A stretch of DNA of 64,000 nucleotides from Octopus bimaculoides. Lineage: Eukaryota. Below, one piece after another: positions 47,545 to 60,900 of this stretch. Location of the stretch: assembly GCF_001194135.2 (NCBI RefSeq), contig NC_068984.1, forward strand, positions 86,979,241-87,043,240. Direction: 5' to 3'. The notes beneath the pieces were generated by a model, which saw nothing but the letters and a program-made list of their open reading frames with translations, made no database searches and was not told the DNA's origin. The translations under genes were made by a program, and so were the position numbers. The first letter of the stretch is position 1; every line of letters starts with the position of its first letter.

Positions 47545-48375
47545 AGTGCAAAGTAGTGGTGTGTATAAATACAAACTTGTTACCAGTTCAAATATGTTTG
47601 AGGCATATTTGAACCTGTAAGAAAGCCATTCACTAGATTTTGTCACGGAGAAAATTTCTCTCTGTAGACAGATAGATGTAAACACACCAAGTCACTCCAC
47701 TGTGACTCCTAACCAGACCATTGGATGCATGCATTTTGGAATTGTTATCTCCTCTTCAGCAACAGAGACTGAAAAGACAGACCCCTCTTATGATATTCCT
47801 GTCATCATTCAAATGACAGGCTTGCCATGAATGAAGCATGGGGTGACAGCACAAAACAGTGATGTGTATAAATACAAGCATGCTAACAAATTTCCTCCAT
47901 GACAAAATACAGTGAATGGCTTCTTTTGAGTTTAAATTGTTGTTGGCACTCTGTCACTTACGACATCGAGGGTTCCAGTTGATCCGATCAACGGAACAGC
48001 CTGCTCATGAAATTAACGTGCAAGTGGCTGAGCACTCCACAGACACGTGTACCCTTAACGTAGTTCTCGGGGATATTCAGCGTGACAAGGCTGGCCCTTT
48101 GAATTACAGGCACAACAGAAACAGGAAGTAAGAGTGAGAGAAAGTTGTGAAAGAGTACAGCAGGGTTCGCCACCATCCCCTGCCGGAGCCTTGTGGAGCT
48201 TTTGGTGTTTTCGCTCAATAAACACTCACAACGCCTGGTCTGGGAATCGAAACCGCGATCATATGACCACGGATCCACTGCCCTAACCACTGGGCCATTG
48301 CGCCTCCACTGAATTTAAATATGCCTCAAGTATATTTGAACTGGTAGCAAGTTTGTATTACATACACTACTGTGT
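47545..48375. mobile_element. Foldback/MITE-like element with ~115-bp inverted arms, right arm split by a SINE
   Basis: Left arm 47550-47665 is complementary to 47885-47930 plus 48310-48375. Confidence 0.7.
47938..48309 (-). mobile_element. Full-length tRNA-derived SINE with target-site duplication
   Basis: Minus-strand A box TGGCCCAGTGG, B box GGTTTCGATTCC, (CAA)n tail; flanked by TGAGTTTAAAT / TGAATTTAAAT. A 3' fragment of the same family lies at ~60060-60180. Confidence 0.85.
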
Positions 48376-49540
48376 AGTGGCGCGAAATTACAGCCGCTAT
48401 TAAGGAAGTACAATCTACGCATGCGCAGTTGTATAGACCAGTGGCTTCATAGCTCAACAACCTCTTTCACCAAAATAGCATTTTACAAATACTTCTTAAG
48501 ATTATTTTAATCAAGCTAATTTTGCATATCCATATTTTCTTACACTACTCGATCCAGAATGTGCTACTTTTTATATATTTAATTTTTATGGAAATTACTA
48601 AAGAAGGTGAGAACTTATACATCACAATAATATTTGATATTTACATACCACCAGATACTGATTAAAATGATGTCATGTTCATATCTTAATCCTCCAAATT
48701 TTTTTTCTTTGAAAATATGTTTAAAATATAAGTATTTTATCTGACTTATATAATTTGTTTTTAAGGAAAACCCCCAATCCCTCTAAACACCCTCTACCTT
48801 CCATATCCACCCCACCCCCACCTATCTTTGTGAGCTCACAATTCTCCAAAAGTTCTTAACCCAGGTTTAGACTCAGCTCAGCACTTTATGATCAGACTTA
48901 TGATCAAATTTGTTCTAGCCATGACTATCTTGTCTTTTGTTTTTAGACAAAGTATATAAGAGATCATATCATCTAATGTATTCACTTTTAAAACTAAAGT
49001 TTGATCTCAGGGAGATCAGCAGGTTGTTTGTTGTTATGCAAAAATTGTGAATATGATTCTCACTTAATTTTTTTTTTGCTATCTTACCCACATTTAATTT
49101 ACAGAGATGTGTGAGCAAACAATTGGATATACATATTGTACCTGTAAGTGTGTATATATATAGTATGTGTGACTGTTAGTGTGTGTTTATGACAGCATGC
49201 CAAACAATATATGACATATGGATTAAGGAGAAAGTATTATCCTGCAGATATAGAAGCAAAATTGAAAAGCTGGATACATCTAAACATCTAATCTAATATA
49301 GTCCACAGTAATTACAGCTATGATCACGTTACAGACTTACAGAGTAACATCATAATAGTGCTACACATTATTTCATGAAGTACAATCTGAGAAAATATCA
49401 ATGGAGGTAATCTACACAATGACATCAAAAACTCACAATGAGGTTAACCATGAGGCTAACAATTTTAAGAATATTTATAAGAATATTATAGGCAATAGAG
49501 TGACTTTATGCAATCTTGAGATTTATGAATATATTTATTT

Positions 49541-49965
49541 TCGTGCTGTGCGTGAGAAGACCCGGCAAGCCAAGTGAGATCGTTGTCAGTGCCCCTGGAC
49601 TGGCTCTTGTGCGGGCGGCACATAAGATGTACCATCCTGAGCGTGACCGTTGCCAGTACCGCCTGACTGGCCTTGTAGGGTTTTCGAGCGAGATCGTTGC
49701 CAGTGCCCCTGGACTGGCTCTTGTGCGGGTGGCACATAAAAGACACCATTTCGAGCATGGCCGTTTTCGTGCGGGTGACACGTAAAAGCACCCACTACAC
49801 TCTCTGAGTGGTTGGCGTTAGGAAGGGCATCCAGCTGTAGAAACTCTGCCAAATTAGATTGGAGCCTGGTGTAGCCATCCAGTTGCACCAGTCCTCAGTC
49901 AAATCGTCCAACCCATGCTAGCATGGAAAGCGGACGTTAAACGATGATGATGATGATGATGATGA
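49541..49965 (+). mobile_element. 5'-truncated RTE LINE 3' end / RTE-related SINE with (GAT)n tail
   Basis: Begins with the ORF2-like end (AVREKTRQAK*), carries a duplicated ~65-bp 3'-UTR unit, and ends AAGCGGACGTTAAACGATGATG. Closely similar copies at 46022-46325, 36918-37089 and 19470-19630 (-); older copies at 1720-2020, 6660-6900, 14920-15100, 15310-15460, 16830-16975, 31070-31285, 31800-31975 and 37108-37440. Confidence 0.85.
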
Positions 49966-50158
49966 ATTAGCACACAGAATATTAACAAAGAAAAATATGT
50001 ATATGTCTTTAAGGGGAAAAAAAAAAAGATCTGAAATGTAAGCAATTTTAAAAACCCAAAGTTATTCATTTTTATTTCAAATTTACACCTTTATCAGTGT
50101 TTACTTGAATTTTTTTCAACTTTCACAAAAGAGCTTAAAGTGAGCAGCTTCAAATTTT

Positions 50159-50304
50159 TTATGTTTCCATTTTTACATTCAGAAATCTATCATTGAGATT
50201 AGTAAAACATGCATATGGATTTTCCAGTCCGCATGCATGCCCTATTTTCCAATCAGTTTTCTTCAGCTTAAGCTCTTCATCAACATATTTTAGAAGCTTG
50301 TCGT
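50159..50304 (-). CDS. EEF1AKMT1-like exon 5, terminal (DDKLLKYVDEELKLKKTDWKIGHACGLENPYACFTNLNDRFLNVKMET*)
   Basis: TTTTCAG acceptor; TAA at 50161-50159; aligns with the family C-terminus. Confidence 0.85.
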
Positions 50305-53300
50305 CTGAAAATAAAAAAAATTTTAATTAAGCAAATCTTTCAAGAAACCGTGTTATTAACTATTTAAAAACATATTAAGAAAGAATTTAATCTGAAAATT
50401 TAATAGTATGCATTCAATGAGATTACATACTTTTAAAAAGAAGTTAATTACTGCAGGTGTGTTAATGATTGAAGAAAAAGTGCAAACGAAACAGATAAAC
50501 TAAAAGATCTTTCCTGATAAAGAATACAGAACCAACATCAAACTGTTGGTGACATGTACACTGATAACTCAATATGTAGAAGTGAGTGTGTATATATATT
50601 GTATAGTGTACCTACACTTTGACATGGATCAGTACCAAAAAAAAACTTAACTGAAAGCAATATAGAGCTTCATTTATTTTGGCAGTGTCATAGCCAACAA
50701 CCCTATGATCTACAAAAACGTCAATAACCATGAGTTCAAAATGAATAACTCCTTTGGTTACCTTTCCAAGTGGGTTTGCAAAAGTCAGTCACTTTAGATC
50801 TCAACTGAAATTTAAGTCTATAAGGCAATGGTTACTCTGGTGCAGATCAGAAGCAGGAAGATTATATAAGGTGGCATGAGTGTTTTTGGCAGAGCTGTCT
50901 ACAAATTGCCTTGAAAGTTTTCTGGTATTAACACACAACAAATAATGCAGTCTTGTTCAAAAGATGGTGTCTTCAGAGAAGAAAGTAGGTCACACAAACA
51001 TTAGTTATAGCCAAGCCACATATTACATCCAAGTAACTTTACATTAGAACTTAGCATATTTTTTTTTGCTGCTTTTGCAGATTCTCATGACTCTCTGTTG
51101 CCATCCAATTCCACTATTATGAATTTGAATTGGGAACTTGAGTCATGGTGAATCTTTCATCAGCTGATTACACAACCATGGATGCCACCCACAATGGATG
51201 CATTGTAGTTACTCTTTTGATAGAACTTGGTAATTCTGATCATTGATCTTCTAGGATTCCTCTACTCAGCATCAATATAAGAAGCACCACTAGTTTAGTT
51301 GAGCTCTTCAACTGCCGTGCTGCAGTCCCATGACTTTGCTTTATCCCTGATGGCTGAACAGGTGTTATGCCTTGCCAAAGGGCAGCCTTGTAACTATGCA
51401 GGGCATGGTCATTACTCTGTGAGGTATTTTCAAAATATCTGCATACCAGTACTTAACTTATAAAAAAAAAAATTATATCATGGTAAGTTTGTGATAGTCT
51501 ATCCAACTTATGAACAATGTACAAAATTTAAAGTGCTGAAAATTTTAAAATTTGGTAACATACCTAGAGTTGTGCATAGCATAATCTGGCACGTTGAATT
51601 CTTTACATGCTGAATGGTTATAATAATTTTTCGGATGCAAATTTCAGTGAAATGTGGTGTATCAGCTACCACTATATCAAAGCTCCCTTGAAATTTTTCG
51701 TCCATTTCTTTTGGTCGGTTGAAGTCATAGAATATATAATTAGACCCCAACACCTGGCATTTAGCTTCATCAACATCAAAAAGGAATACTTCAGAATTTT
51801 TAGGAGGTTCCTTAAGAAGCCTTCGGAAAATAGTAGGACAGCAGAGACAGCAAACTCTGAAACAAATTACACACATGTATGTAAATAACAAACAGATTTT
51901 AATACAAATCTCTTATTTTTATGAGAGACAACTGGATTACAGCTGCAGAACTGTAATCCTCCATGTACAAAACATAATTCAGAAAAAAAATTTGTAAAAT
52001 ATTAAAAAAATTAAATACTTAGAGCTATGGAGGAAAAGGAACTTAGGAAAATGAATGAAATTTTATTCAGATTCACAATATTCAAGGTATCTCAACTTTA
52101 GATCATGAACCAAATAATTTTTTCAAGACAAATAGTTGATTGTTTGATTCAGTTTTTACTTTTTCTCTTTTTTTTTAACATAACAACTTTCCAAATGTAA
52201 CCATCCTGTCTCTTAATCCCTAACCCTGAACCTAATCTTAATCCCTAACTCTAAATGATTGTACATGATGATGACAGCAATGCAGTTACATGTTTGTGGG
52301 AACAAGACAGCATGGATGGCATGATAGCTAAAAAAGAGAAATTTAAAGGATTGCAGAGTGATAGAAGAGAAAACAGAAGTGAGAAAGAATGGAAGAAGAG
52401 AGAGTAATATGGGAGAGAGTGATGAATAGCATGAGAGAGAGGGGGAGAGAGGGAGAGAGACAAAGCTGCCTTTTCGCATGCAGATTACTCTGTCAAATCT
52501 AACGCTTATTCATTCACATTCTTTTGAATTAATCATGCTATCTCATAGCTTTGAAATTTTGATAATGTAGTTGTGTATATTAAGAATAACATTGTAGGGT
52601 AGGTGTGAAAGGCCAGATCTGGCTGGTTTGAACACAAAACAGGTAGAATATTTCTGCTGGATATGGCTAATTTAAATGCTAAAGGGTTAAAAAAAGCCAT
52701 TCATTGCATATGAGAGAGAGGGAGAGGGAGAAGGAGAGAGAGATGGAGAGAGAAAGAGAAAGAGAGGTAAGAGGGTACATTGCATGAAGACTTAACAGAA
52801 ACACAATGAATGAGACACAAAATATAGATGATATATTATATATCCCAACAACCATCGCTACCACAATTTAACACCTGTTTTGCCCTGCTGGCATCAGTCA
52901 GTGTGTCTTATTTAGCACTACATATCACCCCTTGTGTCACCATCTCTCTTTCATAAGGTTCAATCATTTGAGATTAGTCTTCACTTTGTTCTATGTTTTC
53001 CTAGGTCTTGTTCTTCGTCAGAAGCACTTCTCTTGCAGTTGCTTCATAACTTGATCCATCAATTTGATGTCTTTGTAGTCACGTCTCTTCTGCACATCTC
53101 TTTTGCCCTTGAAGTACTTGATGAAGATATTGCTACATAAGTCATTGGGTATGACACCTTCCTTTACTATATGATAAATTGGCTAAAATGTGATCTACTT
53201 CTCCAGATATTATCAATCAACATTTTAGTGATTGTCCCTGATGGTCAGCCACCTTCTTTGCTTTCCTACCCTTAGTCAAATTTTTCACTGTAATGCTGTA

Positions 53301-56300
53301 AATTTCAATGACCTTGTTTGGATCTACTAAGGATAAGCCTTTTCTCTCTCATGCAAAAAGCTGTACTAGTAGCATTCTCATGCTGCTTTCTCTATGGCTT
53401 CAGCAAGGGCAAGTGTGCCATGACAATATTTTATAGAGGTATTTATGTCTCATAAATTACATACGTGTTTATAAATATACTTATGTGTGTGTATGTACAC
53501 TCTCGCTTTCCCTCAGTCTCTCTCATTTTACCTGCCTCAGTGAAGATAATTTTTGCAGGCCTCACAATAGTCTTTTCTATTTCAAGTCATGGTCTTCATA
53601 GTTAGCTTTTTCAGCAGTGAGCTCAAGCTGGATATACGTCGTGCCATCATATGGAAATAAATCAATATTAATTAATATCTGATTTTTTACCCTATGTTTT
53701 AATTTGATTAACCATAACCGAGTTCTCAAAGTGGATATATGCAACGCAGTAACTATTTTCTGGAGACATATTTCCGGAATTAGTGCGCCAAAACGAAAAC
53801 ATTTGATTTTTACCATTGAGTTGTAATTAGCAGAACCATATACACGTTTGCCTCTAGGGGTGAACAACTTGTATAAAATTTTGAGAATTATGATTTCCTT
53901 ACAATTCATGCTGAAGAGAAACAGATATTTATCATAAGATAAATATAAATATAATAAGATAAATATAAATATAATTATATTTATCTTATGATATTTACTT
54001 TGCTTTATAATATACTCATTTATTGTGCTTTTAATTGTTAATTTTTCTATATGTGATAGTGGATTTTCATCAATGAGTTCTTGAAACTTGGTTATTTTCC
54101 CTAAAACTATATATATATATATATATTATATCTAACACCTCTCTTTCTGCACAGATCATAATCCCCTTATTAGTTCTTTTCATTATTCTATCTATTTCAT
54201 TACTTATGTAAACATAGTTTTGTTTTCCATACTGTTATGTTTTAAAAACAAACTTAAATTCCCTTCACTCGATCGAATTCTCTCTCTTTCACGCACATTT
54301 ACTATCGTCACTTATTCATTCATTTATTTAATTTTGTCACGAATTGGTTGACCAAAAACTCTATCTCATTATTATCATGTTATTCCCCGACACCAGAAGT
54401 TGCTGTTTCGTGGTACCTCCACCCTCCTACCCCCACCACCTGTACCGGAAATCCCTATCCTCTGACATCTTTCGGATGTCTCCCATGAACACTTCTAAAG
54501 GCTTAATGCCATCCCCACCCCTACTCAGGGTTTATCTCCTATGTAAGGTAGTGATCATGTAGCACATAAAAATGATGGCATAGTGTATGCAGGTTGAAGT
54601 CTTTTGTTTGTTTATGAATTCTGCCAAATGCGAACTTTCTGTTCAGGTACATGACATAACTATGGGTTTTTTTTAAACTATATAATGAAAATGATATAAT
54701 GAAACTATTTGAGTTAAAGCAGACATCCAAAATATGTAATTGTAAATACCGTTGCTTTGAATTCCCGACTTGACTTTTTTCACGGTCTTTACATATTTCA
54801 TGGATCTTCTTCGTTATATGCTTAGTAGTTGGTTCATCATACCAGAACTGACTATAATACTAGAAACCAAAAGAAAAAATTGATTGTGGAATATTCAAGT
54901 TTAATATTTTTAGCAGCAGTTTAGATATAAATCAAATGAATAATGAAAAATAAATCATTTATGATTAATAATGCTAATAGCAAGTACGAGTTTTTCACAA
55001 AATATAAAAAATATTGGTTATTTATAAATATTTACTTTATGCATACATGTTTGCATTAATGCAAATACGTATGTATAATTTCTTCTATTTCTTATATTTA
55101 CTTACAAATATTTACGGCACAGGAATGGCTGTGCTAAGAAGTTTACTCCCCAACCACTTGGTTTCAGGTGCTGTTCTACTGTGTGGCACATTGGGCAAGT
55201 GTTTTCTACTATAGCTTTGGGCCAACCAAAGACTTGTGAGTGGTTTTGGTAAACAGAAACTGAAAGAAGCTTCTTATATGTATGTGTGTGTGTGTGTTTG
55301 TGTGTGTGACTCTCTCTCCTTGCCTTAACATTGTGACAGTTGTAAGCAAGTGCCACTGTCATTCATGTAGCGTTGTTTGCTTTCATTTTCCTTGCAAACA
55401 TTGTGAAAATTACCTTACTTGGAAATTGGTGAGGGTTGGCAATAGGAAGGGCATCAAGCTGCAGAAAAATTCTGTTTGACCCATGCAAGCATGGAAAAGT
55501 GGATGTTAAAATGATGACGATGATGGTGGTTATTCTGAAGCAACTTCTTTTCTGTTAAAATTCTCTCATTATTCATGACAAGAAAAAAATATTACACTAA
55601 AACATTACATCCATATTTGGCAGAAATGTAAAATGCATAACAATCATTCCATCATAATATGTGTGAATGATGTTCTACATGAAACTCATTCTGCATTTTC
55701 TACTTCTATGAAATAAACATCTATTATTTTCAATCAAATACAACAAGTATCAAGCATACAACTCTTTTTCCATTCATAGCACATGTACAACAAGCAGAAT
55801 ATTTTAATAATAATATTTATAAGCTTAATAGACTAAAGAAAATGGTCTAATATTGGGGTATATAAGCCTTCAATGGAAAAAAAAGGGTTATTTATAAGCT
55901 TTAAGCTTTAAAATATTATTGTTATTTACAGAATTGTCACTTGTCATCACTTCTACATTTAATACAGAAGTGCATAGATTATTTTAATTAAAAGTTTCCT
56001 CCCACCTTATAGCTGTCTGTTGCATGTGCTGATACAGTCATGTACTCTGTCTCCCACTAGATCATCCTACTAGGGCTTTCTTTTCATACAACGCAGTAGC
56101 TACAGGCTGGAAGAGGCCTTGTGGCAGGTGATGCACCAAACGGCTGGACGTGATTGGGGAAAATCTCCAGAGGCTTGACGTCACCTTGGAGGATACCAGT
56201 GCTGAAGAGCATTAGTGAACCTGGTCGATTCTACACATGATGATGCCTCTGGGACCACTAACCTGGGATGACCCCAGCCCCATCAAGCAAGAGCATGAAG

Positions 56301-57837
56301 CAAGCAAACATAAATTTCCTTAAACTGTTTACAGACTATTATACTTGGCTTCAGCTCTCTGAATTAATATAACATACTGTTACATAAAAGAAGCAGTGAT
56401 AACTGTAGGTTTTCTGTAAATGATTCTTTTTTCAACTTGGGTTTAAAATCTTCACTAAATGTAGCTTTTATCTGCTATTGCTTGCTTGTTTCAGTCATTC
56501 TAATGCAGTCACGCCAGGGTATCACCTTGAAGTGCTTAACTGAACAATTTGACACTAGTACTTATTTTTTGAAGCCTGATACTTATTCTATCCTTCTCTT
56601 TTACTGAACCTCTAAGTTACAGAGATGTAAACAAACCAACATAACTATCAAGTGGTAATAGGGAATAAATTCAAACATGAACACACACACCTAACATGAG
56701 CTTCTATCAGTTTCCATCTACAAAATCCACACAAGTCTTTGGTTGGCCCAGAACTATAGTCGAAGACATTTGCCCAAGGTGTTATGCAGTGGGACTGAAT
56801 CCAGAACACTGTAGTTACGAAGCAAACTTCTTACCACACAGCAATGTCAATGTCAAAATTTATATATTCATACTAGATTATGTCATATTCTGTGAGGTAA
56901 AAATGTATTAATATTTTTATGATTGATTGGGTTATATAAAAGGGTTCTGTCAGCAATCTCTGTTGTTGATCATCAACAAATGTTGTCTGTCACACTGAAA
57001 TACTATTAACTTTGAATACATTTGATCTAACTGCATGGAAATAAACTTACCCAGTTTTCAGGAAATTCATCAGTATTTTCATATGAAAATTCTATAGTCT
57101 CTTTCATAATATTCTCCATTTCCTCGTTTGGTGGATCATCACTGCTGTCACTCTCAGTTGATGATAGAGTGTAAAATCTCCTATTAGAAAACATTAAATC
57201 TCTGATAAAAATAACAGCTACATTACATAGAAGCATAAAATATTATTATCAATTTCTAATATACGAAATGTAATATATATTAAAAAGGAACTGACTTGAT
57301 ATTAAGCACCAGCAGTGCCAAAGAGAAAGAGAGGGAAAGGATATATACAGTGTATAAATATATATATATCATATCATACAGGCAAGACAGTAATATTTCA
57401 AATGCAGTAAAGCTGTAAAAACAGCAAAAAGAATGGGTATTTTACCCTTATATGATGTAAAATATTGTCAGCAGACAGCTATGGGACTTGAACCCACACT
57501 GCCCAGATACTGGCTGAGTACTCTACCTATTAAGCTATACTGTGTTCAAAATGTTACTATCTTGTCTGTATGATACAATACACATTCAATGCTTCCAAAA
57601 ACAGAAAAAAAAAAGTTTGTTTACATATGTTGTTGCATATATATATCTCATATTGAACTGTTAATCCTTACACATTTTTTTGTCTCTTTCAGCGTTTTTT
57701 GCCTCTTAATCCTTTCTGGTGAAGAGCAAAGGCTTGAAACATGAAAGACTTTTCCATTCTTCCTGAGCATTAAACTAATACACCTGCTTGTTGTTCCCTC
57801 ACCTGTCTTCGTCTTTCATTTTCTGTAAATTTGAATG

Positions 57838-57901
<64 letters not shown>

Positions 57902-60900
57902 CTTAAGTAATGAGGAGGTGGATTTGGTATTAATCTTTATTTTGTACAATGGTCGTTTTGACCCCAGCCTGCTACTGTCCCTTATGGGTGGGACTCCCTT
58001 CAACATGTGTTGCATCAATTTTACAGTTTGGGTCTCATCAGGTACATCCATACATGAAGTTATGTCTCGCTAAAGATCCTGAGTTTTGGCTGTCATGTTG
58101 TTATAAAAAATTTGTCCCAAGAACGAGAATACCTGTATCTTACATATTTTTGTATGCAGAATTAAAAAAATAATGTCAAATTATCTGTATCACACACAGT
58201 TTCTCTGTTCCTTGATATCCCTCTCAGTTCCTGTTACATGGGCTAAATTTCAGTTAAGCTGTTGAGAGACGAAGCTAATGGTTTAAGAAATACTCCTTAT
58301 TTAAATGCTTATGAATAGAATTAACCTAGCTATCTGAGTCAATGAGTTACCGAAGCTTGGCAACACTGAGTCAATAAGTCACCACTGATTTGTCAGTACT
58401 GTGCTTGAAGTGTAGGTGTGCAGTTGTGTATTAAGTTCGCATATTCCATTCACCTTCATAATGCCAAAAAACTGTATAAACATTGCAGACAACTTTTGCT
58501 ATATTTGCGGTGACTTAACATTCAAGTCACAAAGATGGTGTTTCACGGCATTGATTAAAAAGTGCTATGAGCATTATTTTGACTGCAGAGTGGGTGACCA
58601 GGATAAAACTAGCTCCCCCCTCCTCATGTGTGTTGGGTAACCTGTGTCAGGCTTCTCACTGCATGGGCCAAAGGTTCATGCCATATGCCTTTTGCCATCC
58701 CTATGATTTGGAGAGAGCTCAAAGACCACATTGCTACTTCTGATGAATATACAAGTTATAACATCAAAATTCAAGCATACTGTAAAATATCCTAATTTAC
58801 AATCTGCCATGAGACCAGCACTTCACAGTTAACACTTAACTGTACCTGACCCTCCAAAACAAATGACACTCAGTGACAATGAGTCAAATGATGAAGTGTG
58901 GAGAAAGAAACAGAAGACACGGACTTTCAGCCTAACAGTTCTTCAAGTGAGCCACATTTGTTGAGTCAGGGAGATCTGAATAGTCTTGTGCATGATTTAA
59001 ACTTGTTGAAAAAGCAAGCTGAACTTCTTTGTTCCAGGTTAAATGGCTGGAATCTTCTCCAGGAGACCAAAGTTAGTTTTTATCGTGCTCTGCATTGTGA
59101 TTTTGCAAAATTTTCTCGCTTGAGGATGGTATGGTGTTTTGTAATGATGGATATCCTGTTATGGAGGAACTTAACCACAAATATAGCACAAATCAATAAG
59201 CTGGAAAGCAGTTTTATTCCAAAATGGAAATAAGTTTCCTTCTGTTCCTCTGGCCCATACAGCTAACATGAAAGAAACATATCAGAGTATAAAGCTTCTG
59301 TTGCAAAAAATTAAGTACGAGGAACATAAATGGAATACTTGTTGTAGCACTTTTACTTGGAATGCAGCTGGGTTACACCAAGTTTTGTTGCTTTCTCTGT
59401 GAGTGGGACAGTTGTGATAAGAAAAATCATTATGAAAAGAATGCGTGGCCAAAATGATCTCTGACTCCTCTGATTCTTGGACAAAAGAATGTCATCAATC
59501 CTCCCCTTGTTGATTCTGAGAAAATTCATCTGCCTCCTTTGCATATTAAGCTAGGGTCAATGAAGAATTTTGTCAAAGGTAGGGATAGAACTGGCAAGGG
59601 ATTCACGTATTTGAAAACTAAATTTCCAAGAGTAAGATACACAAAAATTAAGGAAGGTATTTTTGTTGGGCCACATTTTAGGGAGCTGGTGGGAGACTGA
59701 AAGTTTGATGAAGAGCTCAATGATGTTGAAAAAGCTGTGTAGCTGTCATTTAACGCCTTTGTTACCATATTTCTGTTGAGATGCTCTGCGTTTCTTTCAA
59801 TTATTTTAAATATGACAAAGAATTTAGTAAAATAACTTAGTTATCATTCAGCTAGTGTCAGGAACATAAACTGTGACTAAGATTTGGTGGAGGATGTTAA
59901 TTCAAAACTTATGGAAACAAGACATTTGTACTGCAGAGCCAGAGCCAGTTTCAGCCGGGTTGGTAATGAAAGGGTTAAGAAAGTTTGCAGAGAGTTTTGG
60001 GGGAATCACAGAGCTGAGAACTATTCTGACATTGTGAAAGAGCCACTGACATCATACAAAGAACTATGTTAAGAGTATGCATGTCTGTGGAGTGCTCAGC
60101 CACTTGCATGTTAATATCATGAACAGGCTGCTTAGTTGATCGGCTCATCTGGAATATTTGACATAGCAACCAACAGAGAACCAGGATACAATTTCAATCA
60201 GTTGTAGGTACTGGAAGAGTTCCCCACCCTTGCTATATAATGTATCTTGGATGTGAAAGAAACTGTAAAAGACTAAGAAACAAGCCAAAGAGGAATTCTC
60301 AATGAACTTTAAAATCTCAGGAGTAGGGACCAAGTCCACAAGTATCTGTGAAAACAAATCCAAAATTGATTGTTAACCTATGATTTTGTTTCCGTTCACT
60401 CAGTGGTTTGGTCCNNNNNNNNNNNNNNNNNNNNNNNNNNNNNNNNNNNNNNNNNNNNNNNNNNNNNNNNNNNNNNNNNNNNNNNNNNNNNNNNNNNNNN
60501 NNNNNNNNNNNNNNNNNNNNNNNNNNNNNNNNNNNNNNNNNNNNNNNNNNNNNNNNNNNNNNNNNNNNNNNNNNNNNNNNNNNNNNNNNNNNNNNNNNNN
60601 NNNNNNNNNNNNNNNNNNNNNNNNNNNNNNNNNNNNNNNNNNNNNNNNNNNNNNNNNNNNNNNNNNNNNNNNNNNNNNNNNNNNNNNNNNNNNNNNNNNN
60701 NNNNNNNNNNNNNNNNNNNNNNNNNNNNNNNNNNNNNNNNNNNNNNNNNNNNNNNNNNNNNNNNNNNNNNNNNNNNNNNNNNNNNNNNNNNNNNNNNNNN
60801 NNNNNNNNNNNNNNNNNNNNNNNNNNNNNNNNNNNNNNNNNNNNNNNNNNNNNNNNNNNNNNNNNNNNNNNNNNNNNNNNNNNNNNNNNNNNNNNNNNNN

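Noticed and set aside
53931-53992. 17-bp AT-rich inverted repeat with internal 20-bp tandem duplication
   Set aside because: Low-complexity; readily produced by replication slippage.
57051-57194. ATG at 57194 (MFSNRR) as the methyltransferase start
   Set aside because: It is preceded by a strong acceptor, and an upstream in-phase exon (63196-63257) with the family-like LDEFY motif explains the N-terminus better; it remains a fallback start.
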